Source: Planktothrix sp. FACHB-1365
GTDB lineage: Bacteria > Cyanobacteriota > Cyanobacteriia > Cyanobacteriales > Microcoleaceae
DNA: 64,000 bases
Assembly (NCBI RefSeq): GCF_014697575.1
Contig: NZ_JACJSC010000008.1
Coordinates: forward strand, 29,075 to 93,074
Reading direction: 5' to 3'
Position numbers and translations under genes: made by a program. Numbering within the stretch: position 1 is the stretch's first letter; each line of letters opens with the position of its first letter. Below the pieces are notes generated by a model. The model ran no database searches. It saw only the letters and a list, made by a program, of their open reading frames with translations, and was not told the DNA's origin. Shown here piece after piece: positions 1 through 10,511 of the stretch.

Positions 1-252
1 CTTTTCTGTCAAGTTCTAGCGACGGTGATTATGTTCCATAACCTGAAAAAGTTTTCATCAGGTTTTGTATCTTTATTCCTGTTGCTTGACCCAATTATTA
101 CTGCCATATTAGCCTGGGTAATATTTGCGGAAAAACTCACTATCCTTAACTGGGTAGCGTTTTTCGCCGTGTTGGCTGGGATATATTTAGCTAAATCTGC
201 TCAAGGTTCTCAGAAAGCAGCCATTCAAGAAATTACTGTTGACTCAGACTAA
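1..252 (+). CDS. C-terminal part of an EamA/DMT-family transporter (gene starts upstream of window)
   Basis: Hydrophobic TM-rich tail (…LLLDPIITAILAWVIFAEKLTILNWVAFFAVLAGIYL…) typical of the second EamA repeat. Frame is open to the window edge. Confidence 0.45.
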   Translation, partial: LFCQVLATVIMFHNLKKFSSGFVSLFLLLDPIITAILAWVIFAEKLTILNWVAFFAVLAGIYLAKSAQGSQKAAIQEITVDSD

Positions 253-1375
253 ATATTTTTGTCTCGGCTCCAATGCTAAATCAGTAATAAAAATTAGCAA
301 ATTTCAGCACCCCGTACTCTCTGTTTCTAAACATTCCATGACACCAGAATTAACAACTTGGGTAGCAGACCTAGAAAGATTACTAGGTCAAATTCTTGAA
401 TATTTCCGCAGTCAAATCTTCAATCACCTTAATGGTAGCCGTCGCCTTTATTGGCTATATTTATTAACTTCTTTGTTATTAGCTGGACTGGTTTATTGGC
501 GATCGCAACCTAAGTCTGATCTTAACTTTAAAGGGTTTCTTAATTTTTGCTTCCCCAAAGAAATCTACTTTCATCCTTCAGCCCTGCTAGATTATCAAAT
601 CTTTATCATCAATAATATTCTTGCTCCTGGTAATTTGCGTTTAGCGTGGTTTGAAACATCATTAGTAGCATCTCTAATCAATAATTGGCTGCAAGCAACC
701 TTTGGTCATTTTGGCGGATTCACAACCGAAAACTGGGGATCGCTCGTGATTTTCACCCTCTTATTTGTTGTAGTTTTTGACTTTGCATCTTACCTTAACC
801 ATGCTTGGCATCACCAATATCCTATCCTGTGGCAATTTCACAGTCTACATCATTCCAGCGAAGTCTTGACCCCCATTAGTTTATATCGTTCTCACCCCTT
901 ATATGAACTTAATAAAAAGCTGATTACTACAGCCATCAGCGCTCCTTTACAAGGAATACTGATTTATCTATTTTTTGGTAAAATCCATGTTATAACTCTA
1001 TTTGGTCTGAATTTTTTGGTCGCTCTATATTATATCGCAGGTGGTAATCTTGCCCATTCTCACATCTGGCTTTCTTATGGAAAGATAGGGAACCATATTT
1101 TTATTAGTCCAGTTCTACACCAAATTCATCACAGCATGGCACCCCAACACATTAACAAGAACTACGGGGAGTTTTTGGGAATTTGGGACTGGATGTTTGG
1201 GACTTTATATCTACCCGAAAAAGAGGAAAAATTAGAATTTGGTATTGGCAAAAACCAAACTCAGCCTTATTCAACTTTAACCCAGGCTTATTTAGATCCG
1301 GTAGTCAATGCCATTAATTTACTAATTGCCAAAATTCCTGGAAAAAGTGGAATTAAAACCATTAACTTGGATTAA
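239..1375 (+). CDS. Fatty acid hydroxylase / sterol desaturase superfamily membrane protein
   Basis: His-box motifs HxxHH (HAWHHQY, HSLHHSSE, HQIHHS) and multiple TM segments. True start is probably internal (e.g. Met near 334). Confidence 0.65.
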   Translation: MTQTKYFCLGSNAKSVIKISKFQHPVLSVSKHSMTPELTTWVADLERLLGQILEYFRSQIFNHLNGSRRLYWLYLLTSLLLAGLVYWRSQPKSDLNFKGFLNFCFPKEIYFHPSALLDYQIFIINNILAPGNLRLAWFETSLVASLINNWLQATFGHFGGFTTENWGSLVIFTLLFVVVFDFASYLNHAWHHQYPILWQFHSLHHSSEVLTPISLYRSHPLYELNKKLITTAISAPLQGILIYLFFGKIHVITLFGLNFLVALYYIAGGNLAHSHIWLSYGKIGNHIFISPVLHQIHHSMAPQHINKNYGEFLGIWDWMFGTLYLPEKEEKLEFGIGKNQTQPYSTLTQAYLDPVVNAINLLIAKIPGKSGIKTINLD

Positions 1376-1380
1376 ATATT

Positions 1381-2502
1381 ATGCTATTAACGAAAGGCTT
1401 TGAATTAGAAATATTTCTGGGTACTCCCCAAGGTGATCCGATTCCTTTGGCTGAAAAAATTATCGGCAAAGTGGATAGGTTTATGCAAGAAACAGACGAG
1501 CGCCATATAGAATATACAACTGAACCTCTTGCCAGCTATAGCCAACTTTTAAGTCAATTAATATTACCGCGAATTCAACTCAGAAAATATCTCAAAACCT
1601 TGGGAGAATATACCCTAATTCCTGGAAGTACATTATCATTAGGAGGAAGCGATCGCTTTTATCGTTCAGGAGATACAAATCCTTATTTAGAATACATTGA
1701 GCGCCACCATGGAACTAATGTCGTTACTGCTAGTGTTCATATCAACATTGGTTTTAGTGATCCAGAACTGCTGATCCGAGCTTGTCGGCTGATTAAAATG
1801 GAATCACCCTTATATTTAGCCTTAAGTGCTTCCTCTCCATTTCTTGATAATCAAATTACAGGTTATCATTCTACACGCTGGCATATTTTACCCCATTCTC
1901 AATATCATATTCCCCTATTTGAAAATCACGCCGAATATATTGAATGGGTAGAAGGACATTTAGCCACAGGGACAATGTTTAATGTTCGTCATCATTGGGA
2001 TAATGTTCGACCCAATGGCGATGGCCGACCTTATGATCTGAATCGGCTAGAACTCAGAATTTGTGATTTAGTGACAGATTCTCATTCTCTTCTGGCTATT
2101 ACTGCTTTGTTAGAAGCGCGGCTTTGGCAATTGATTAATGATCCCAGAATTGACCCTTTAGAAATGAGTCAATTACCAGCAACAACCCGGAAACAAGACT
2201 TAATTGATTTAACAAAAGCGAATGAAGCAGCCGTCAAAGTATCCAGTTTAGAAGCTGAGTTAAGACATTGGCAAGACGGTAGAAAAATTCTAGCTCGACA
2301 TTGGATTAATGAAATTTATAATGATGTTCTGCCCTTCGTAAAACAGCAAGGCTTTGATCATTTTCTCTCACCTATACAAACAATTTTACAGGAAGGAAAT
2401 ACTGCACAAAAGTGGTTAAAAATGTATGATCAAGGTGCGGATATTCGCTCAATTATTACCCAAGATATTCAAGAAATGGCCAAGCAAGAACTTGACCATT
2501 AA
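1381..2502 (+). CDS. Glutamate--cysteine ligase family 2 (YbdK/GshA-like carboxylate-amine ligase), putative cyanobacterial GshA
   Basis: ~370 aa, size and overall similarity pattern of GCS2-family cyanobacterial gamma-glutamylcysteine ligases. A glutaredoxin gene diverges from it, and it is tightly coupled to the upstream gene (stop 1375 / start 1381). Confidence 0.5.
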   Translation: MLLTKGFELEIFLGTPQGDPIPLAEKIIGKVDRFMQETDERHIEYTTEPLASYSQLLSQLILPRIQLRKYLKTLGEYTLIPGSTLSLGGSDRFYRSGDTNPYLEYIERHHGTNVVTASVHINIGFSDPELLIRACRLIKMESPLYLALSASSPFLDNQITGYHSTRWHILPHSQYHIPLFENHAEYIEWVEGHLATGTMFNVRHHWDNVRPNGDGRPYDLNRLELRICDLVTDSHSLLAITALLEARLWQLINDPRIDPLEMSQLPATTRKQDLIDLTKANEAAVKVSSLEAELRHWQDGRKILARHWINEIYNDVLPFVKQQGFDHFLSPIQTILQEGNTAQKWLKMYDQGADIRSIITQDIQEMAKQELDH

Positions 2503-2551
2503 GGCAGGTATTTTACATCCCACGCTTGAAAGACGTGGGCTTTGAATACTG

Positions 2552-2809
2552 TTATTGTAAAAGTTCGTCCAGTTTTCCCTGCTTATCTAATGCGGAAATA
2601 TCGTCAAAACCACCAATATGTTGATCATTGATGAAAATTTGAGGAACACTCCGTCTGCCATTAGCTCGTTCTGCCATCTTAGCTCTAGCGTCTTCATCCC
2701 CATCAATAGAGTATTCAGTAAATTCAACCCCTTTCTTCTTAAGTAAGGCTTTGGCTCTAGGGCAAAAAGGGCAATAAGTCCAAGTGTAAATTTCTACTTT
2801 AGCAGTCAT
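2552..2809 (-). CDS. grxC: Glutaredoxin 3
   Basis: 85 aa with active site CPFC (YTWTYCPFCPRAKALL) and the C-terminal GGFDD motif of classical dithiol glutaredoxins. Confidence 0.85.
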   Translation of the reverse strand: MTAKVEIYTWTYCPFCPRAKALLKKKGVEFTEYSIDGDEDARAKMAERANGRRSVPQIFINDQHIGGFDDISALDKQGKLDELLQ

Positions 2810-2847
2810 GGTATGTTTAATCGAGGGATATCGTTTTTTATTTTAGC

Positions 2848-4359
2848 GTGATCAACAAAATGATTAATCAGAATATCGCCTCTCCTCTACAAGTACAGAA
2901 GAGCCATGGCGCGTCTCTATGGCAAAAAATTGCCCCAAAATTTGAGGCGGTTGTAGGTAAAAAAGGAGTTGTCCAACGTCAGGAAGAATTGCTCACCTAT
3001 GAATGTGATAGTTTAACAAGCTATCGTCAACGTCCCGCATTAGTCGTACTACCCCGCACCACTGAACAAGTAGCAGAGGTAGTCAAAATCTGTTATGAAA
3101 ACCAAATTCCTTGGGTGACGCGGGGTGCAGGAACAGGTTTATCTGGAGGTGCACTACCTGTTGAAAATTGTGTTTTAATTGTCACCACCTTAATGAACCA
3201 AATCTTAAAAGTTGACCTAGAAAATCAGCGAATTATTGTGCAAGCTGGTGTAATTAATAATTGGGTGACTCAAGCCATTAGTGGTAAAGGTTTTTATTAT
3301 GCACCAGATCCGTCCAGTCAAACGGTTTGTACAATTGGAGGTAACATTGCGGAGAATGCTGGGGGTATTCATTGCTTGAAATATGGAGTAACAACGAATC
3401 ATGTTTTGGGATTAAAATTGGTAATTCCTGACGGTTCTGTAGTTGATGTTGGGGGAATCATTTCAGAAATGCCCGGTTATGATCTCACGGGTTTATTTAT
3501 CGGTTCAGAAGGCACTCTAGGTATTGCCACAGAAATTACTTTACGCATTATTAAAACACCTGAAGCCATTGGCACTGTTCTAGCAGACTTTACCACTATT
3601 GAAGCCGCAGGTGATACGGTTACTCATATTATTAGTGCTGGAATTATTCCGGCGGCAATGGAATTAATGGATGGGACTACCATTAAAGCGATTGAAGATG
3701 TTATTAATACGGGCTGTTATCCTAGAGATGCTGCGGCAGTTTTGTTGATAGAGGTTGATGGTTTAGCAGTAGAAGTTGAAAGTAGTAAACAGCAGGTTGC
3801 TAAAATTTGCCAACAAAACGGAGCCAGAAATGTAATCATTGCTAGTGACGAACAAAGGCGAATCAAACTTTGGCAAGGACGTAAAACAGCCTTAATTGCA
3901 TTAGGTTATCAAAGTCATTATTTTCTTCAAGATGGAGTGATCCCTCGGACTCAATTAGTCGCTGTTCTTAAGGAAATTTCAGCTTTAGGAAATCAATATG
4001 GGTATTGTATTGCTAATGCCCTTCATGCGGGTGATGGGAACTTACATCCAGTCATTCTTTATGATCATGCCATTCCTGGTGCTTTTAAACAGGTAGAAGA
4101 ATTAAGTGGCGAAATTCTAAAACTTTGTGTGAGAGTGGGTGGAAGTATTTCTGGAGAACATGGTATTGGTGCTGATAAAAAATGTTTGATGCCGGAAATG
4201 TTTAATCATATTGATTTAGATACCATGCAATGGCCGCGCCTAGCTTTTAATCCTCAAGGTTTGGCAAATCCAGGTAAGATGTTTCCCACACCTCCGACTT
4301 GTGGTGAAGCTGCACAGGCTCAAAAAATGGGGCGGTTTTCAGATTTAGAAGTATTTTAG
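2848..4359 (+). CDS. glcD: FAD-linked oxidase, glycolate oxidase subunit GlcD-like
   Basis: FAD-binding PCMH domain motifs (RGAGTGLSGGALP) and C-terminal FAD-oxidase_C domain (HAGDGNLHP…SGEHGIG). Start codon uncertain (N-terminal MINKMINQ). Confidence 0.75.
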   Translation: MINKMINQNIASPLQVQKSHGASLWQKIAPKFEAVVGKKGVVQRQEELLTYECDSLTSYRQRPALVVLPRTTEQVAEVVKICYENQIPWVTRGAGTGLSGGALPVENCVLIVTTLMNQILKVDLENQRIIVQAGVINNWVTQAISGKGFYYAPDPSSQTVCTIGGNIAENAGGIHCLKYGVTTNHVLGLKLVIPDGSVVDVGGIISEMPGYDLTGLFIGSEGTLGIATEITLRIIKTPEAIGTVLADFTTIEAAGDTVTHIISAGIIPAAMELMDGTTIKAIEDVINTGCYPRDAAAVLLIEVDGLAVEVESSKQQVAKICQQNGARNVIIASDEQRRIKLWQGRKTALIALGYQSHYFLQDGVIPRTQLVAVLKEISALGNQYGYCIANALHAGDGNLHPVILYDHAIPGAFKQVEELSGEILKLCVRVGGSISGEHGIGADKKCLMPEMFNHIDLDTMQWPRLAFNPQGLANPGKMFPTPPTCGEAAQAQKMGRFSDLEVF

Positions 4360-4515
4360 TGATCTGGGTTTTGGGGAGTAGGGGGCGAGGCGTTTGTCTA
4401 TGAAGCAGGAGTACCCACTGCCATTAGTGAAACGTTGACAGTGGTACTTCACTTAGGCATTGTAACAATGGTAGTATGTCGTAGATGTGCTGTATATAGC
4501 TTTTGAGTATTAATA

Positions 4516-6261
4516 ATGGGGAAAATAGAAAAAAGGGATTTAACTTTAGTAGAAATACTACGGGATCAGGCCGTTGCTCAACCTCACCAAATAGCATTTA
4601 AGTTTCTTCCAAATGGAGAACAAGAATCAGATCAATTAACCTATCAAGAATTGGATCAAAAAGCCAGAGCAATTGCCTATCAACTGGGTCAGAAAATTAA
4701 TCGGGGCGAAAGAGTATTATTATTATATCCACCCGGTTTAGAATTTATTAGTGCTTTTTTTGGATGTTTATATGCTGATGCGATCGCAGTTCCTGTTAAT
4801 CCCCCTCGACCCAACAGACCAGCAACTCGGCTTTTAACAATCAAATCAGATTCACAAGCAACATTAGCACTAACTACAACATCTTTATTCAGCAAACTCA
4901 AATCACAACTAACTCATTATCCCGAATTAGCAACTTTACCTTTAATGGTTAGTGATGAAATCAGTATTGATCTAGCTTCAAATTGGGAGAAATCAACAAC
5001 AACAATAGATTCTTTAGCTTTTCTCCAATACACATCTGGATCGACAGGAACACCAAAAGGAGTAATGGTAACTCATGGTAATTTACTCCACAATTCGCAG
5101 TATATCAAACAAGCCTTTCAACTGACACAAGACAGTATATCGGTTAGCTGGCTACCCAGTTTTCATGATATGGGTCTAATTGATGGAATTATTCAGCCTT
5201 TGTACACCGGATTTATGGGGGTATTGATGAAACCTGAAAGTTTTATCCAACACCCTTGGCGATGGCTACAGGCAATTACAAACTACAAAGCAACCCACTG
5301 CGGCGGGCCTAATTTTGCCTACGATCTTTGCGTTCAAAAGATTACCAATGAACAACTTGAAACCCTCGACCTCAGTAGCTGGGAAAGTGCTTACAGTGGT
5401 TCTGAACCCGTGCGGAGAGACACTTTAGAGCGTTTTATTGCTAAATTTGCCCCTTGTGGTTTCACGGCTAAGAGTTTTTATCCCTGCTATGGGATGGCTG
5501 AATCTACCTTAATGATTTCAGGGGGACTTGTTCAAGAAGAACCCATTTACTGCACAGTTGCAGCAGAGGCATTAGAGCAAAATGGGGTGACAGAAGCATC
5601 TAAAGACGTTGAAAATGTTAGACATCTCGTTGGATGTGGACGAGCTTGGCTAGATACCCAAATTGTCATCGTTGAACCCGAATCTTTTCAGCAATGTGAT
5701 TCAGGTCAAGTCGGGGAAATCTGGGTATCGGGTGAAAGTGTTGCTCAAGGCTATTGGAACCAACCGGAACTTTCAGAACAAGCTTTTGGAGCTTATCTAA
5801 CAGATCCGCATCAGGGGCCGTTTCTCCGCACTGGGGATCTAGGATTTTTGCGAGAGGGTGAGCTATTCATCACGGGACGGATGAAAGATATGATTATTAT
5901 TAGAGGTCGCAATTATTACCCCCAAGATATTGAAATCACAGTAGAAACTAGCCATCCAGCGTTGCGAGGCAATTGTTGTGCAGCTTTTGCAATAGAAAAA
6001 GACAATACAGAGCAGTTAGTCATAGTAGCTGAAGTCGAACGGACACATTTACGACATCTGAATGTTAAAGAGGTCGTCGCAGAAATCGGCGAAGCCATCA
6101 TGCAGCAACATGAAATCCAGGCTTATGGCACGGTACTGATTAAAACGGGGAGTATTCCTAAAACTTCCAGTGGCAAAATTCAACGGCGTATTTGCAAAGA
6201 AAAGTTTCTATGCGAAACTCTCAATATTGTCGGGGGAAAGATTGGCAAATCGGAGTTATAA
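4516..6261 (+). CDS. Fatty acyl-AMP ligase (FAAL)
   Basis: Adenylation core motifs (LQYTSGSTGTPKGVMVTHGNLL; YGMAESTL; TGDLGF) and the ~581-aa FAAL architecture. N-terminal DLTLVEILRDQA…AFKFL is typical of FAALs rather than acyl-CoA synthetases. Confidence 0.8.
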   Translation: MGKIEKRDLTLVEILRDQAVAQPHQIAFKFLPNGEQESDQLTYQELDQKARAIAYQLGQKINRGERVLLLYPPGLEFISAFFGCLYADAIAVPVNPPRPNRPATRLLTIKSDSQATLALTTTSLFSKLKSQLTHYPELATLPLMVSDEISIDLASNWEKSTTTIDSLAFLQYTSGSTGTPKGVMVTHGNLLHNSQYIKQAFQLTQDSISVSWLPSFHDMGLIDGIIQPLYTGFMGVLMKPESFIQHPWRWLQAITNYKATHCGGPNFAYDLCVQKITNEQLETLDLSSWESAYSGSEPVRRDTLERFIAKFAPCGFTAKSFYPCYGMAESTLMISGGLVQEEPIYCTVAAEALEQNGVTEASKDVENVRHLVGCGRAWLDTQIVIVEPESFQQCDSGQVGEIWVSGESVAQGYWNQPELSEQAFGAYLTDPHQGPFLRTGDLGFLREGELFITGRMKDMIIIRGRNYYPQDIEITVETSHPALRGNCCAAFAIEKDNTEQLVIVAEVERTHLRHLNVKEVVAEIGEAIMQQHEIQAYGTVLIKTGSIPKTSSGKIQRRICKEKFLCETLNIVGGKIGKSEL

Positions 6262-6321
6262 AGTCCTTTAGTTTTAAATTTTCCCCTGCTATTTAAACCT
6301 AGGTAAATTGAGGAAACATCA

Positions 6322-7308
6322 ATGTCTATACCAGTGGATAGCCCAACACCCAATATAAGCCCCAAGATCACCCTAGAAAATGATTATCTTAAATCCCTGC
6401 AACAGCGTTACGCCTTTGCTACTATCTTGATTCCTTTTTTGGGGTTATTAATAGCCATTTATACAACTTTTAAATTCGGGATTAGTTCAGTAGACATTGG
6501 ACTATTTCTGATCATGTATACCTTGACAATGCTGGGAATAACAGTGGGTTTTCACCGACATTTTGCTCACGGTGCTTTTAAGACCAATACAGTCATGAGA
6601 GTCCTGTTGGCAATATTAGGATGTATGTCCGCTCAAGGGCCAGTGATTCAATGGGCAAGTATTCACCGTCGGCATCACAAGTATAGCGATCGCCCAGGCG
6701 ATCCCCACTCCCCCTTAATATACAAAGGAGAAAAATGGGCAACTCTGCGGGGATTGTGGCATGGTCAAGTTGCTTGGATGTTGAACAGTGACGTTACCAA
6801 TACGGTTGTTTTTGCTAAAGACTTGCTCAGAGATCCAATAATTACCAAAGTCAATCGTTTCTATCTGACTTGGGTTATCCTGGGTTTAGCCATTCCGGCA
6901 ATTGTAGACGGACTTCTCACGGGAACTTGGATAGGTATTTTACAAGGATTTCTCTGGGGGGGATTGGTGCGAATCTTTTGTGTTAATCATGCCTTTTGGA
7001 CGATTAACTCCATTGCTCACTGTTATGGACAACGCCCCTTTGATACCGAAGAGCAAAGCCGCAACACATTCTGGCTATCTCTAGCCAACTTTGGAGAAGC
7101 TTGGCATAACAATCATCATGCCTTTCCCCACTCAGCCTTGTTAGGTCTGAAATGGTGGCAAATTGATATTGGTGGTGGGGTGATTCTGGCTCTCCAAAAA
7201 GTAGGTTTAGCTTGGGATCTCAAAACCCCCACAGCAGGGATGATTGCAGAGAAGTTGAAGGTTAACAAACAGTCAGAAAATTTAACAATAGATGCCAGCA
7301 ATTTCTAG
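6322..7308 (+). CDS. Membrane fatty-acid desaturase, delta-9 (DesC/SCD) family, paralog 1
   Basis: Three His boxes HRHFAHGAF / HRRHHKYSD / HNNHHAFPHS with 4 predicted TM helices. Confidence 0.8.
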   Translation: MSIPVDSPTPNISPKITLENDYLKSLQQRYAFATILIPFLGLLIAIYTTFKFGISSVDIGLFLIMYTLTMLGITVGFHRHFAHGAFKTNTVMRVLLAILGCMSAQGPVIQWASIHRRHHKYSDRPGDPHSPLIYKGEKWATLRGLWHGQVAWMLNSDVTNTVVFAKDLLRDPIITKVNRFYLTWVILGLAIPAIVDGLLTGTWIGILQGFLWGGLVRIFCVNHAFWTINSIAHCYGQRPFDTEEQSRNTFWLSLANFGEAWHNNHHAFPHSALLGLKWWQIDIGGGVILALQKVGLAWDLKTPTAGMIAEKLKVNKQSENLTIDASNF

Positions 7309-7378
7309 TAAACTAGACTGAATCTGGATTTTTTGCAGTGCCAACTTTTTCTATTGCGTCATCATGAGGAGTTAGAGA

Positions 7379-8332
7379 ATGACAACACATTGCGATAGTG
7401 CCATACCCAATCAGAAGACAAAGGTTATTAGCAATGACTACATTAAAGGACTGCAATATAAACATTTTTGGTGGTACAATTTCATTCCCTTTTTAGGAAC
7501 AATTGTGGCCATCATTTCGCTGTGGTGGCTACCCATTGGGCCAATCGAGATCGGAATGCTGATTGTGATGTGGGCTTTGACCATGACCGGGGTGAGTGTC
7601 GGTTTTCATCGCTACTATACCCATCGTGCTTTTAAAACTAACCAGAGCATTCGGGTGATATTCGCCATACTGGGTTCTGTAGCTGCCCAAGGGCCCTTAA
7701 TTTCCTGGGTAGCTGTTCATCGTCGCCATCATGAGTGCAGTGATCTACCCGGTGATCCCCATTCCCCTAATCTTCACGGTCAGGGATTTCTCGGAACTCT
7801 CAAGGGATTATGGCATTCCCATGTGGGCTGGCTGATTGATCATGATTATCCTAATCCGGCCTATTATGCCCCCGAACTCCTGCGAGATCAAAGCATATCC
7901 AAAATTAGCCGATTGTATGTAGTTTGGGTGCTTCTGGGTCTAGCGATTCCTACTGTGATCGGCGGACTACTTCATTGGTCCCTAATAGGAGCATTGCAAG
8001 GCTTTCTTTGGGGGGGTGTTGTGCGCCTGTTTATTGTAGATAACATCATATTGAGCGTTAATTCTGTATCTCATCTTTACGGGACTCGTGGTTTTAAGAC
8101 AGGCGATCAAAGCAAGAATAACCCTTGGGTGGCCATCCCAACGTTTGGCGAGTCTTGGCAAAACAATCACCATGCGTTTGAAAGCTCTGCTGCTATCGGT
8201 ATGAAAGGGTGGCAAATTGATATTGGTTATGCAGTAATTTGGATCTTGGAAAAATTAGGCTGGGCTTGGGATGTAAATCTGCCCACCGCCAAGATGATAG
8301 AGGCGAAAACAATTACCCTAGCTCAGGATTAA
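7379..8332 (+). CDS. Membrane fatty-acid desaturase, delta-9 family, paralog 2
   Basis: His boxes HRYYTHRAF / HRRHHECSD / QNNHHAFESS. Box 3 begins with Q rather than H, which is a notable variant. Confidence 0.75.
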   Translation: MTTHCDSAIPNQKTKVISNDYIKGLQYKHFWWYNFIPFLGTIVAIISLWWLPIGPIEIGMLIVMWALTMTGVSVGFHRYYTHRAFKTNQSIRVIFAILGSVAAQGPLISWVAVHRRHHECSDLPGDPHSPNLHGQGFLGTLKGLWHSHVGWLIDHDYPNPAYYAPELLRDQSISKISRLYVVWVLLGLAIPTVIGGLLHWSLIGALQGFLWGGVVRLFIVDNIILSVNSVSHLYGTRGFKTGDQSKNNPWVAIPTFGESWQNNHHAFESSAAIGMKGWQIDIGYAVIWILEKLGWAWDVNLPTAKMIEAKTITLAQD

Positions 8333-8369
8333 AGTCCCGACTACAAAACTTATGTAGGTTGAGCCAACA

Positions 8370-9302
8370 ATGCAAGCAATCACAATTAAAAGCGATCGCC
8401 TGAAAAGACAACAAGAAATTCACGGCATCAGCAATCTCATCATTCCCTTAAGCGGATCTGTAGCAGCAGTAGTCCTGGCTTTTCAGATCGGTGTTAGTGC
8501 CGTAGATATCTGGCTATTGCTGATTATGTATTTTTTAACAGCAATTGGCGTAACAGTAGGGCTGCATAGACACTTTGCCCACTGCGCCTTCGGGGCTAAT
8601 CAGACGGTGAGAATTATCCTGGCTGTCCTGGGTTCTATGGCCGCAGAAGGCCCCCTCAATTATTGGGTAGCCACCCATCGCCGTCACCACAAATACAGCG
8701 ATACCCCTGGAGATCCCCATTCTCCCTTTGTTAAAGAAGATCAAAAATTGGGCTTTTTAGAAGGGTTATGGCATTCTCATGTTGGTTGGACATTCAATCA
8801 TGAACTCACGAACACCTTTGTCTTTGCTAAAGACATGGTGCGAGATCCCATGCTGAACAGAATTAGCCAACTTTATTATTTGTGGCTATTTTTGGGGGTA
8901 GCGATTCCGGGTGTTATTGGTGGAGTAATCACCGGAACTTGGATGGGGGCCTTGACCGGAACATTATGGGGCGGCTTTCTCCGTATCTTCCTTCAACACC
9001 ATTTAGGTTTCTGGACGGTTGGCTCTTTGGCCCATCTCTTAGGAAATCGTCCCTTTGAGACTGACGACTATAGCCGCAATAACCTCTGGGTGGCTTTGTT
9101 CACCTGTGGAGAATGGCACAACAACCACCATGCTTTTCCTTATGCGGCTATTCATAGTTTCCAATGGTGGCAAATCGATGTCGGTGGCTTCGTGATTCGA
9201 CTACTCGAAAAGCTAGGTTGGGTTTGGGACTTGAAAATGCCCACAGCCGAAGCGATCGCCGCTAAAAAAAGAAAGGTTAGTGGTAATGAAGCCTGCAACT
9301 AG
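8370..9302 (+). CDS. Membrane fatty-acid desaturase, delta-9 family, paralog 3
   Basis: His boxes HRHFAHCAF / HRRHHKYSD / HNNHHAFPYA. Confidence 0.8.
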   Translation: MQAITIKSDRLKRQQEIHGISNLIIPLSGSVAAVVLAFQIGVSAVDIWLLLIMYFLTAIGVTVGLHRHFAHCAFGANQTVRIILAVLGSMAAEGPLNYWVATHRRHHKYSDTPGDPHSPFVKEDQKLGFLEGLWHSHVGWTFNHELTNTFVFAKDMVRDPMLNRISQLYYLWLFLGVAIPGVIGGVITGTWMGALTGTLWGGFLRIFLQHHLGFWTVGSLAHLLGNRPFETDDYSRNNLWVALFTCGEWHNNHHAFPYAAIHSFQWWQIDVGGFVIRLLEKLGWVWDLKMPTAEAIAAKKRKVSGNEACN

Positions 9303-9368
9303 CCTTCAAGTTAGGCATTAAACCCAGAAAAGCAATGATTAACCGCAATCATAAACCTAGCTGATCCA

Positions 9369-10334
9369 ATGATTACAGAACCTCTTGTTAATCCAGACAA
9401 AAGACAAAAAACCGTCACAGCCCCTCATCTGACAGTTCCTCAAACCATACACTTCATCTTGTTTGAAGTTGTACCTTTTTTGGGATTCATCACCGCCATT
9501 GTTTTACTATTGTTCGGAATTCCTATGACTTGGGTGGACTTAGGGCTGTTTATCAGTTTGTGGTTCTTAACTCAAATTGGCTTTACTGTGGGTTGGCATC
9601 GCCTTTTTAGCCATAATGCGTTTAAAGCCAATGTCGTTGTTAGAGTGACCTTAGCAATTCTGGGATCTATGGCAGCCCCTGGCCCCTTGCTGTTGGCAGT
9701 AGCCGCCCATCGTCGTCACCATGAATATGCCGATCAACTCGGAGATCCTCATTCTCCCCATCTTTTTGGAGAAGGAGTTACGGATCAGATCAAAGGCTTT
9801 TGGCACGCTCATGATGGCTGGTTAGCGACCAACAGAGAACACCCCAATACCATCCACTATGTTCCAGACTTACTGCGGGACAAAGCCCTAACAACAGTGA
9901 GCCGATATTATTGGCTGTGGGTGATTTTAGGACTGGTCATTCCTGCTATCCTAGGCGGAGTTTTGACAAACTCATGGCTGGGAGCTTTTCAAGGCTTTCT
10001 TTGGGGAGGACTGGTGCGGATGTTCTTTGTCAATAACCTCATCAATGGCGTCAACTCTTTTTGTCATGTCCTTGGCGGTCGCTCCTTTAATACCCCTGAT
10101 CACAGCCGGAACAATCTCTGGCTGGCTCTTCCTTCCTTGGGTGAAGGATGGCACAATAGTCACCATGCTTTTCCGCAATCAGCCATTTTTGGTTTCGACT
10201 GGTGGCAAGTTGATATCGGGGGCTGGGTTGTCCTCATTTTGGAAAAGCTGGGTTTAATTTGGGATGTCAAAATTCCTAAAGCCGATACTATCAAAGCTAA
10301 AAAAGCTTTTTTAGCCGCAAAAAAGGCAACATAG
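9369..10334 (+). CDS. Membrane fatty-acid desaturase, delta-9 family, paralog 4
   Basis: His boxes HRLFSHNAF / HRRHHEYAD / HNSHHAFPQS. Confidence 0.8.
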   Translation: MITEPLVNPDKRQKTVTAPHLTVPQTIHFILFEVVPFLGFITAIVLLLFGIPMTWVDLGLFISLWFLTQIGFTVGWHRLFSHNAFKANVVVRVTLAILGSMAAPGPLLLAVAAHRRHHEYADQLGDPHSPHLFGEGVTDQIKGFWHAHDGWLATNREHPNTIHYVPDLLRDKALTTVSRYYWLWVILGLVIPAILGGVLTNSWLGAFQGFLWGGLVRMFFVNNLINGVNSFCHVLGGRSFNTPDHSRNNLWLALPSLGEGWHNSHHAFPQSAIFGFDWWQVDIGGWVVLILEKLGLIWDVKIPKADTIKAKKAFLAAKKAT

Positions 10335-10511
10335 CAGGATACTAGAATCTATCTCCTGTACTGTCTTAATCCTGAACCTAATTTTCTTGTTTTAGCTTCT
10401 TCCGCAACGAGTGCCCCACGACTGACCCGATAGGGAAGCGTGGGATGAATTGCGGTCAGGGACTAGAATGTTCAATAATTGGTTATAATTAGAAAAAGGG
10501 GGTGATTTAAA

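Noticed and set aside
3217-3402. Small antisense or alternative-frame ORFs inside larger genes (3217..3402, 4689..4901, 5916..6101, 7116..7301, 7982..8215, 8535..8744, 9972..10257, 13875..14087, 14751..15284, 15450..16219, 17482..17763, 18922..19116, 19483..19692, 20288..20527, 21535..21723, 24065..24265, 27816..28106, 28476..28682, 29210..29533, 30503..30712, 37879..38109, 39511..39747, 41917..42147, 43700..44018, 45005..45310, 48144..48413, 49814..49996, 52557..52811, 53021..53209, 62603..62845)
   Set aside because: All lie wholly within better-supported genes on the opposite strand or in another frame, and have no motifs or independent signals.
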